NCBI GenBank assembly: GCA_029261065.1
Contig: JAJDCB010000011.1
Location: forward strand, 175,168-239,167
Direction: 5' to 3'
Source: Candidatus Omnitrophota bacterium
GTDB lineage: Bacteria > Omnitrophota > Gorgyraeia > Zapsychrales > Zapsychraceae
DNA length: 64,000 nucleotides
Positions 57,071 through 64,000 of this stretch are shown piece after piece (position 1 is the first letter of the stretch; each line of letters opens with the position of its first letter). The notes below the pieces were generated by a model that ran no database searches, had not been told where the DNA came from, and was given only the letters and a program-made list of their open reading frames with translations. Made by a program: the position numbers and the translations under genes.

Positions 57071-59023
57071 ATGAGTAAAGCAATTGGTATTGATTTAGGA
57101 ACATCAAATTCAGCGGCATCTGTTTTAGAAGGTGGACGCCCAACAATTATTCCTTCAGCAGAAGGAGCCGGGGTTGCTTCTGGCAAGGCTTTTCCTTCAT
57201 TCGTGGCTTTTACGAAAGATGGACAACGTCTTGTTGGAGAGCCAGCTCGACGACAAGGTCCAGTAAATTCTGAAGGGACCATTTATGCGGCAAAGCGTAA
57301 AATGGGAACAACTGATAAATTTAAAGTTTTTGATAAAGAGTTTACTCCTCAACAAATTAGCGCTTTTATTTTACAAAAAATAAAGGCTGATGCTGAGAAG
57401 TTTTTAGGTGATACAGTTGATGAAGCTGTTATCACGGTACCTGCTTATTTTAATGATAATCAAAGACAAGCAACTAAAGATGCTGGAGAAATTGCAGGTC
57501 TTAAGGTATTACGTATTATTAATGAACCAACAGCTGCGTGTTTAGCTTATGGTTTAGATAAAGCAGGAAAAGAACAAAAGATTATGGTTTTTGATTTTGG
57601 TGGCGGAACCCTTGATGTTACGATTCTTGAGATGGGTTGGGATGAAGAACATAAGGCTGCTACTTTTGAAGTTTTATCGACGAGTGGTGATAATCATTTA
57701 GGTGGAACGGATATGGATAACCTACTTATTGATTATATCACTGATGAGTTTAAGAAAGAATCTGGTGTTGATTTAAAAAATGATAAAATGGCTTTTCAAC
57801 GTTTAAGAGAAGCGGCTGAGAAAGCCAAAGTCGAATTATCAAGTACTGTTAACACAGATATAAACCTACCCTTTATTACCGCTGATGCAAGCGGTCCCAA
57901 ACATTTAAATCTTACTATAGAAAGAGCCAAATTAGAATCCATGGTTTCTTCCATTGTTGATCGTTGCCGAGGTCCGATTGTGCAGGCGATGAAAGATGCT
58001 TCTGAAAAATTAGGAGAAGACGTCAATGTTGATAAGGTGATCTTAGTTGGTGGTCCGACGAGAATGCCAATCGTTCAAGATTTTGTTGAAAAAGAAGTGG
58101 GGCAAAAAATTGAACGTGGTATTGATCCTATGGAATGTGTGGCTCTTGGGGCATCGATTCAAGCGGGAATTATTAAGGGGGACGCCAAAGAAGTTCTACT
58201 TCTTGATGTAACTCCTCTTACTCTTGGTATTGAAACTATGGGTGGTGTGATGACAAAGCTTATCGAACGCAACACAACGATTCCTATTAAGAAGAGTCAA
58301 ACATTTTCAACAGCTGCGGATAATCAACCTGCTGTGGACGTTCGTGTGTTACAAGGTGAGCGATCCATGTCTAATGACAATACGCAATTAGGTTTGTTTC
58401 AATTAGATGGTATACCACCAGCTCCTCGAGGTGTTCCTCAGATCGAAGTAACCTTTGATATTGATACCGACGGGATTATCCATGTTTCGGCTAAGGATAA
58501 AGGAACAGGTAAAGAACAATCCATCAAGATTACAAGCTCTACTAAGCTTTCTGATGAAGATATTGAGACAATGGTCAAGGAAGCTGAAAAGTTTGCTGAA
58601 GAAGACAAAAAAGCAAAAGAGCAAGCAGAAGTTGTTAATCAAGCGAATGCGCTTGTATTTAGTACAGAAAAATCAGTTAAAGATTATGGAGATAAGATTT
58701 CCGATGATGATAAGGCAAATATAGAGAAAGAACTTAAAAGCCTTAAAGAAGCCATTGAATCTAAAGATCAAGATAGAATTAAAAAAGGAATGGAAGAGCT
58801 TTCAAAGGTAAGTCATAAGCTAGCTGAAGAAGTTTATAAAGAAACAGCTTCTCAACAAGCTACTCAAGGTGCCGGTGCCGGAGCTGAGGGTGCAGGAGAT
58901 CCAGCAGCCCAAGGAGGAGCTCAAGGAGCTCAACCAGGTGGAGATTCTGCTCAAGCAAAACCAGAAGATAAAAAGGAAGATGTTATTGATGCTGATTTTA
59001 AAGCAGAAGATGATAAAGCTTAA
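57071..59023 (+). CDS. dnaK: Molecular chaperone DnaK (Hsp70)
   Basis: [10 protein letters not shown]; DLGGGTLD; [11 protein letters not shown]; C-terminal lid; 650 aa. Confidence 0.97.
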   Translation: MSKAIGIDLGTSNSAASVLEGGRPTIIPSAEGAGVASGKAFPSFVAFTKDGQRLVGEPARRQGPVNSEGTIYAAKRKMGTTDKFKVFDKEFTPQQISAFILQKIKADAEKFLGDTVDEAVITVPAYFNDNQRQATKDAGEIAGLKVLRIINEPTAACLAYGLDKAGKEQKIMVFDFGGGTLDVTILEMGWDEEHKAATFEVLSTSGDNHLGGTDMDNLLIDYITDEFKKESGVDLKNDKMAFQRLREAAEKAKVELSSTVNTDINLPFITADASGPKHLNLTIERAKLESMVSSIVDRCRGPIVQAMKDASEKLGEDVNVDKVILVGGPTRMPIVQDFVEKEVGQKIERGIDPMECVALGASIQAGIIKGDAKEVLLLDVTPLTLGIETMGGVMTKLIERNTTIPIKKSQTFSTAADNQPAVDVRVLQGERSMSNDNTQLGLFQLDGIPPAPRGVPQIEVTFDIDTDGIIHVSAKDKGTGKEQSIKITSSTKLSDEDIETMVKEAEKFAEEDKKAKEQAEVVNQANALVFSTEKSVKDYGDKISDDDKANIEKELKSLKEAIESKDQDRIKKGMEELSKVSHKLAEEVYKETASQQATQGAGAGAEGAGDPAAQGGAQGAQPGGDSAQAKPEDKKEDVIDADFKAEDDKA

Positions 59024-59029
59024 CAATTT

Positions 59030-60166
59030 ATGAAAAAAGATTATTACGACATTCTGGGCGTTCCAAAAGAATCAAACCTTCAACAGGTAAAAAAAGCTTA
59101 TCGTTCTTTAGCGTTAAAACATCACCCTGATCGCGTTGAAGAATCAAAAAAAGCAGAATCAGAAGAAACGTTTAAAGAAATATCGGAGGCGTACGGGGTT
59201 TTATCTGATCCTAAAAAGCGTCAAATGTATGATCAATATGGTCATGCAGGTATAGATCAAAACTTTACCTCTGATGATATCTTTAAAGGGGCTGATTTTA
59301 GCAGTGTTTTTGGAGACTCCGGTTTAGGTGATATCTTTGGTTCTTTTTTTGGTGGTGGTGCCTCCGACATTTTTGGTGGAGGCGGTTCTCAAAGAAAGCA
59401 ACGAGGCCGTGATATTCAATACGAAGTTGATATTAAGCTTTCAGATGCATTCACGGGTGTTGAGAAAAAGATTAAAGTTCCTCGCAATGAATTCTGTAAG
59501 AAATGTGATGGAAGCGGGGCAAAGCCTGGCAGTAAATCAAAAACATGCACCACCTGTGGGGGCCAAGGGCAAGTCATTATGCAGAGTGGATTTTTTAGAA
59601 TGCAACAAGCATGTTCGGAGTGTTCGGGCTCAGGAAAAATCATTACCGAATATTGTCCCCAATGTCATGGAAGAGGACAAGAGCGTGTTACGCGCAATAT
59701 TGATGTGAATATTCCAGCAGGCGTTGATGATAGTTCAAGGCTTAGGGTTCGTAATGAAGGAGAAGTGGGTGCCGCCGGACCAGGTGATCTCTACATTTAT
59801 ATCCATGTCCTTCCACACGATACGTTTCAGAGGGATCATAACGATCTACATATGCAATTACCTGTCAGTTTTGTGAAAGCTGCTTTGGGAGGAGAGGTTT
59901 CGATTCCAACATTAAACGGTAACGTTTCGATGAAGATTCCATCAGGAACACAAAGTGGAAAGTTATTTCGATTAAAAAGTAAGGGGATGCCAGACTTAAG
60001 AGCAGGAGCAAAAGGGGATCTCTACGTAAGAGTTATGCTATCTGTACCAAAGAAGTTATCAACCCCGCAGAAAAAACTATTAGAAGATTTCGCTAAATTA
60101 AGCGGTGAAGAAGTGGGGCATGTAGGAGATTCTATTAAGGAAAAAATCAAGAAAGTATTTAAGTAG
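59030..60166 (+). CDS. dnaJ: Molecular chaperone DnaJ
   Basis: J-domain with HPD (KHHPDR), G/F-rich region, and four CxxCxGxG zinc-finger repeats. Confidence 0.95.
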   Translation: MKKDYYDILGVPKESNLQQVKKAYRSLALKHHPDRVEESKKAESEETFKEISEAYGVLSDPKKRQMYDQYGHAGIDQNFTSDDIFKGADFSSVFGDSGLGDIFGSFFGGGASDIFGGGGSQRKQRGRDIQYEVDIKLSDAFTGVEKKIKVPRNEFCKKCDGSGAKPGSKSKTCTTCGGQGQVIMQSGFFRMQQACSECSGSGKIITEYCPQCHGRGQERVTRNIDVNIPAGVDDSSRLRVRNEGEVGAAGPGDLYIYIHVLPHDTFQRDHNDLHMQLPVSFVKAALGGEVSIPTLNGNVSMKIPSGTQSGKLFRLKSKGMPDLRAGAKGDLYVRVMLSVPKKLSTPQKKLLEDFAKLSGEEVGHVGDSIKEKIKKVFK

Positions 60167-60199
60167 ACGTTATAAAAATTTTTAATTTTAGGATACAAA

Positions 60200-60502
60200 A
60201 TGCCAACATATACATACGAATGCGATGCCTGCGGACATAGTTTTGATCATCTTCAATCTATGTTAGATAAAAGGCTTAAAAAATGTCCTGTGTGTAGTAA
60301 AAATAAGCTTGTAAGGCTTATCGGGGCTGGTTCTGGTGTCATTTTTAAAGGAACGGGGTTTTACGAAACAGATTATAAGAAGAAGTCGGAAAGTAGCCAA
60401 GCAGAAAAAGGGTCCAAAAAGCAGGGCGCGTCTTCAAGTAATCCTGGAAAAAAGAAAGATTCGACCAAAAAGGCTGCAAGTAAACCAGCTGCAAAAGAGT
60501 AG
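60200..60502 (+). CDS. FmdB family zinc ribbon protein
   Basis: MPTYTYECDACGHSF...CPVCSKNKL CxxC pairs with a Lys/Ser-rich tail. Confidence 0.75.
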   Translation: MPTYTYECDACGHSFDHLQSMLDKRLKKCPVCSKNKLVRLIGAGSGVIFKGTGFYETDYKKKSESSQAEKGSKKQGASSSNPGKKKDSTKKAASKPAAKE

Positions 60503-60547
60503 TCTGCAAGTTTGGCAAGTGGTCAATAAGGTCAAGTAGCCATAAGA

Positions 60548-60925
60548 ATGCGAATTGACAATTTTCTTAGATTTTGGTTTCCAGTTTTGGCTTATTCTGG
60601 TATTATCTTTTATATGTCTTCCCTGCCTAATTTAAAGGCAGGTGGAGAAATTGTTCATTTAGATAAAGTTTTGCATACTTTCGAGTATATGCCTTTTGGC
60701 TATTTAATGGCAAGGGCTTTTGATCGTGCTTTAACTGTGAAATTAAGACATTTCATTGTTTTATATGCCTTTCTTGGCTCTTTAGCCTATGGAATCAGTG
60801 ATGAGTATCATCAATCTTTTGTGATGGGAAGATCAGCTGATGCAATTGATGCTGTTTTCGACACCTTTGGTGGCTTGTTGGGGGCGGTTATCTATGTATG
60901 TTTAACAAAAACTATTAAAGAATAG
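60548..60925 (+). CDS. VanZ-like family membrane protein
   Basis: Four TM helices and the conserved DKxxH / DEYHQ positions typical of VanZ-like proteins. Confidence 0.5.
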   Translation: MRIDNFLRFWFPVLAYSGIIFYMSSLPNLKAGGEIVHLDKVLHTFEYMPFGYLMARAFDRALTVKLRHFIVLYAFLGSLAYGISDEYHQSFVMGRSADAIDAVFDTFGGLLGAVIYVCLTKTIKE

Positions 60926-60934
60926 GAACTTATT

Positions 60935-62197
60935 GTGTCTATAAAGCCGTTTAAAGCAGTTTATTACAATACAAAAAAAGTAGAAGATCTTACCAAGGTT
61001 GTTTCGCCTCCTTACGATGTTATTTCTGAAGAAGAACAATCCTTCCTACATAATTTAAGTTCAAGTAATTTCACACATATTGATTATGGTCGCGATAAAC
61101 CGAATGATGATAAAAATAACAATAAATATACGCGCGCTAAGAAAGTTTTTGAAGAATGGTTAAAGAAAAATATTATGGTTCAAGATGAAGAGCCGTGTGT
61201 TTATTTTTATAAGCAAGAGTATAAAATTCAAGGCCAAAAGCACAGCCGTTTAGGGTTTGTTTCGTTGATGGAGCTTGAAGATGAGGAGGATTCTAAAGTC
61301 CATCCTCATGAGAATACGCATGCTTATGCGGTGGAAGATCGATACAAGCTTCTTAAGTCACTTAATTCTGGTTTAAGCTGTATTTTCGTCTGTTACTCAG
61401 ATAGCCAGAAAAAGGTAGAGAAAATTTTTAATAAAGATGTTTATGTTCAAGATCCTCTTTTAGATGTGGTTGATAAAGATCAGGTGCGTCATAGAATTTG
61501 GAGGATGTCCGATTCTCAGCGTATCAAAGAGATTAAGGATTCATTGTCCAATCAGAATCTTTTTATCGCAGATGGACATCATCGTTATAAAGTAGCCACA
61601 GAATACCGTAAATCACGTTTGGAACGCAAACAAAACTCAGACGGCCAAGAACCATATAATTTCGTAATGACATATTTTACAAACATGGATTCAAAAGATC
61701 TTCAGATTTTTCCTATGCACAGAATTGTCAAGAATTTACCTGTGGAATTAGATTTCTTAGAAGATTTTTTCCGAATTGATAAAGTAAAAGATAAGGAAGA
61801 CTTGATTATATTGTTAGCAAAAGCCGGTAGAAATGAGCATGCTTTTGGTTTATACATGAAAGATGGTATTAAATTACTAAGATTAAAAAATAAAATGTTG
61901 ATTGATGAGCATATCAAAGAAGGCTCAAAAGAGTATAAAAGTTTGGATGCAACTATTTTGAAGTATTTTGTTTTTGATCGGGTCGGGGTTAAATCGGATG
62001 ATATTATTTATACAAAAGATATTCAGGAAGCCACGGGCATGGTTGATGATGGTCAGGCAAGTGCGAGTTTTATTATGAATCCGGTAAAAATTTCGCAACT
62101 TAAGTCTATCGCCTTAAATGGTGAACGCATGCCTCCAAAGACGACATATTTTTATCCGAAAGTTTTGTCTGGTTTGACAGTGTATAAAATGGACTGA
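60935..62197 (+). CDS. DUF1015 domain protein
   Basis: N-terminus MSIKPFKAVYYN...VVSPPYDVISEEEQ is characteristic of DUF1015. Confidence 0.75.
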   Translation: MSIKPFKAVYYNTKKVEDLTKVVSPPYDVISEEEQSFLHNLSSSNFTHIDYGRDKPNDDKNNNKYTRAKKVFEEWLKKNIMVQDEEPCVYFYKQEYKIQGQKHSRLGFVSLMELEDEEDSKVHPHENTHAYAVEDRYKLLKSLNSGLSCIFVCYSDSQKKVEKIFNKDVYVQDPLLDVVDKDQVRHRIWRMSDSQRIKEIKDSLSNQNLFIADGHHRYKVATEYRKSRLERKQNSDGQEPYNFVMTYFTNMDSKDLQIFPMHRIVKNLPVELDFLEDFFRIDKVKDKEDLIILLAKAGRNEHAFGLYMKDGIKLLRLKNKMLIDEHIKEGSKEYKSLDATILKYFVFDRVGVKSDDIIYTKDIQEATGMVDDGQASASFIMNPVKISQLKSIALNGERMPPKTTYFYPKVLSGLTVYKMD

Positions 62198-62245
62198 TAG
62201 CCGCCATCACCCATTTAGTCAAAAAGGCGGGAAGAAATTTTACTA

Positions 62246-62326
62246 ATGTCATCTCCGCGTAGGCGGATATCCGAAACAAAAGTTGTATCATTTATTTTTG
62301 GATTGTCCTTGTCGTGGGAATGACAT
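62246..62326. repeat. Palindromic MITE/REP-like element copy (degenerate)
   Basis: TGTCATCTCCGCGTAGGCGGATATC ... CTTGTCGTGGGAATGACA. Shares the termini and core with the other copies. Confidence 0.7.
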
Positions 62327-62356
62327 TATTTTTTATTTTTGGAGGGTGATGCTTCT

Positions 62357-63235
62357 ATGGCTCTTTTCGGTCGAAAAAAAGATAAGCTTGCAAATAACAA
62401 TAATAAGAAAAAAGAAATGCCCGCAGGGCTTTGGACGAAATGTCCAGAGTGCCAAGCACCTACCTATAAAAAAGAACTCGCCAATAATTTAAACATTTGT
62501 CCAAAATGTGAATTTCATTGCACACTTAACTCTAAAGAGAGAATAGATTTACTTATTGATCACGGGACTTTTCAAGAGATGGATGCTAATCTTTTATCGG
62601 CAGATCCTTTGCAATTTAAAGGTCCTAAGACGTATAAAGAGAAATTAGATGCAGATAGAAGGGCGACAGGTTTGCGCGATGCTGTGATTACGGGGCACGG
62701 TAAATTACAAGGTAAGCGTATTGTTATTGCCGTGACAGACTCAAGGTTTATTATGGGTTCCATGGGATCAGTCGTTGGAGAGAGAATTACACGAGCTATT
62801 GAATATGCAACGGAAAATAAACTTCCTGTTTTGATTGTTTCGGGTTCCGGCGGAGGGGCAAGGATGTATGAGGGGGTGTTTTCTCTCATGCAAATGGCCA
62901 AAACATGTGGGGCTTTATCTAAACATGCGAGAGAAGGTTATTTACATATTTCTTTGCTGACAAATCCAACGATGGCTGGGATTATGGCATCTTTTGCAGG
63001 GGTTGGAGATGTGATTATGGCTGAACCAAAGGCTCTAATAGGGTTTGCTGGACCTCGCGTTATTGAGCAGACGATTCGTCAAAAACTTCCGGAAGGGTTT
63101 CAACGTTCTGAGTTTTTATTAGCACATGGCTTGATTGATATGATTGTGGATCGCAAGGACTTACGAGATAGAATTGGAAATATTATCGAATATACGCATA
63201 TTAATGCCAGCGTTAAAAGGGCTGAGGTTTTTTAG
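62357..63235 (+). CDS. accD: Acetyl-CoA carboxylase carboxyltransferase subunit beta
   Basis: N-terminal zinc ribbon CPECQAPTYKKEL...CPKCEFH and the carboxyltransferase domain. The start was moved to the ATG at 62357 after a GGAGGG SD (the ORF-track start is a TTG inside the SD). Confidence 0.9.
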   Translation: MALFGRKKDKLANNNNKKKEMPAGLWTKCPECQAPTYKKELANNLNICPKCEFHCTLNSKERIDLLIDHGTFQEMDANLLSADPLQFKGPKTYKEKLDADRRATGLRDAVITGHGKLQGKRIVIAVTDSRFIMGSMGSVVGERITRAIEYATENKLPVLIVSGSGGGARMYEGVFSLMQMAKTCGALSKHAREGYLHISLLTNPTMAGIMASFAGVGDVIMAEPKALIGFAGPRVIEQTIRQKLPEGFQRSEFLLAHGLIDMIVDRKDLRDRIGNIIEYTHINASVKRAEVF

Positions 63236-63256
63236 GCATCCTATAAGAAATATTCG

Positions 63257-63285
63257 TTGCAATATCAAGGGTTTGTATATAGAAT
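63257..63285 (+). promoter_or_regulatory. Candidate sigma70 promoter TTGCAA-17nt-TAGAAT
   Basis: Read directly upstream of the ABC ATPase gene. Confidence 0.3.
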
Positions 63286-63313
63286 ATGGAACTAATCTTG
63301 AGGGAAAAATAAT

Positions 63314-64000
63314 ATGGCTCAAATCAGTTTAAAAAATATTTCAAAAACCTATACCACCGGCAGTAAAGCTGTAGATAATATCAATTTAGGTATTGAGAAT
63401 AAAGAATTTATGGTCTTAGTTGGGCCTTCTGGATGTGGAAAGTCTACGACGCTACGTATGATTGCTGGCTTGGAAGAAATTTCTGAAGGAACGGTTCACA
63501 TAGGGGATCGTGAGGTTAACAATGTTCCGGCTAAAGACCGTGATATTGCTATGGTTTTTCAGAACTATGCTCTTTATCCGCACATGACAGTAGCTGAGAA
63601 TATGTCGTTTGGTTTGAAGTTAAGAAAATTTCCAAAAAGTGAGATTAATAGACGTGTGAGTGAGGCGACTGAAATTCTTGGTATTAAACATCTCATCAAT
63701 CGTAGGCCTCGCCAATTATCAGGTGGAGAACGTCAGCGGGTCGCTTTAGGGCGTGCGATTGTTCGAAAACCAACTGCCTTTTTATTCGATGAACCTTTAA
63801 GTAATCTAGATGCCAAGATGCGTGTTCAGATGCGTACTGAAATTCATAAATTACGCGTTCGGTTGCAAACAACTTTTATTTATGTCACCCACGATCAAAC
63901 GGAGGCCTTAACGCTTGGTGATCGTATTTGTGTTATGAAGGATGGTAAGATTCAGCAATGTGCTGATCCTATGACCATTTATGATAAGCCTGCCAATAAG
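63314..64000 (+). CDS. ABC transporter ATP-binding protein (MalK/UgpC-type sugar/polyamine importer ATPase), 3'-truncated by the window end
   Basis: Walker [11 protein letters not shown]-loop, signature [14 protein letters not shown], Walker [13 protein letters not shown]-loop VTHDQ. Absent from the ORF track because no stop lies within the window. Confidence 0.9.
   Translation, partial: MAQISLKNISKTYTTGSKAVDNINLGIENKEFMVLVGPSGCGKSTTLRMIAGLEEISEGTVHIGDREVNNVPAKDRDIAMVFQNYALYPHMTVAENMSFGLKLRKFPKSEINRRVSEATEILGIKHLINRRPRQLSGGERQRVALGRAIVRKPTAFLFDEPLSNLDAKMRVQMRTEIHKLRVRLQTTFIYVTHDQTEALTLGDRICVMKDGKIQQCADPMTIYDKPANK

Noticed and set aside
57055-59026. Minus-strand ORFs inside dnaK (57055..57282-, 57796..58026-, 58403..58642-, 58820..59026-) and plus-strand alternative-frame ORF 58455..58724
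   Set aside because: They are embedded in the highly conserved dnaK coding sequence, with no SD and no homolog-like features. They are shadow ORFs.
216-62326. Possibility that the GC-rich palindromic repeats are a CRISPR array
   Set aside because: Copies are irregularly spaced (kilobases apart) and heterogeneous in length. They are individually palindromic and lie in separate intergenic regions. There is no repeat-spacer periodicity and no cas genes.

Overview
This 64-kb window comes from a low-GC, Shine-Dalgarno-using, diderm-type bacterium. It is almost entirely plus-strand coding.

Layout, 5' to 3':
- (i) A KA-repeat histone-H1-like gene with an ultra-AT-rich divergent promoter region, plus hemW and a polyprenyl diphosphate synthase.
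- (ii) A purine-biosynthesis operon purB-purC-purS/L fusion-LOG-purQ-purM-purD-purE, followed by a tsaC(YrdC)::LMW-phosphatase fusion, rpiB, glyA, nrdR, a DUF151 nuclease, cca and a macro::NUDIX fusion.
- (iii) An accessory island (~20.5-28.8 kb) with two paralogous large secreted proteins of unknown function and a 1175-aa surface subtilase. Each gene is bracketed by copies of a dispersed palindromic MITE/REP-like element (core TGTCRTCCCCGC-GNRA-GCGGGGAYGACA).
- (iv) yceI-like, SDR, ygfZ, DUF4126, a clan GH-A-like hydrolase, and a lipoprotein-DUF481 OMP-membrane protein operon.
- (v) A four-gene block of secreted proteins (37.5-43.7 kb) whose C-terminal motifs and donor-strand-like N-termini suggest a divergent archaic (spore-coat-U/Csu-type) chaperone-usher-like pilus locus, with a 1020-aa multi-domain outer-membrane protein.
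- (vi) Two small minus-strand secreted proteins, then a 364-bp intergenic region carrying a candidate structured minus-strand sRNA (sigma70-like promoter, multiple hairpins, double-hairpin/U8 terminator).
- (vii) An ECF sigma / ZAS anti-sigma / DUF3106-like / SPOR block, then miaA and hflX.
- (viii) Heat-shock regulons: a MerR/HspR-like gene with a palindromic operator; hsp20-clpB preceded by a perfect CIRCE; hrcA-grpE-dnaK-dnaJ preceded by a promoter plus CIRCE.
- (ix) fmdB, vanZ-like, DUF1015, accD and a partial ABC ATPase.

No tRNA, rRNA, tmRNA or CRISPR array was recognised. The most novel candidates are the repeat-bracketed paralog+subtilase island, the putative chaperone-usher-like surface-structure locus, and the unclassified structured RNA region.
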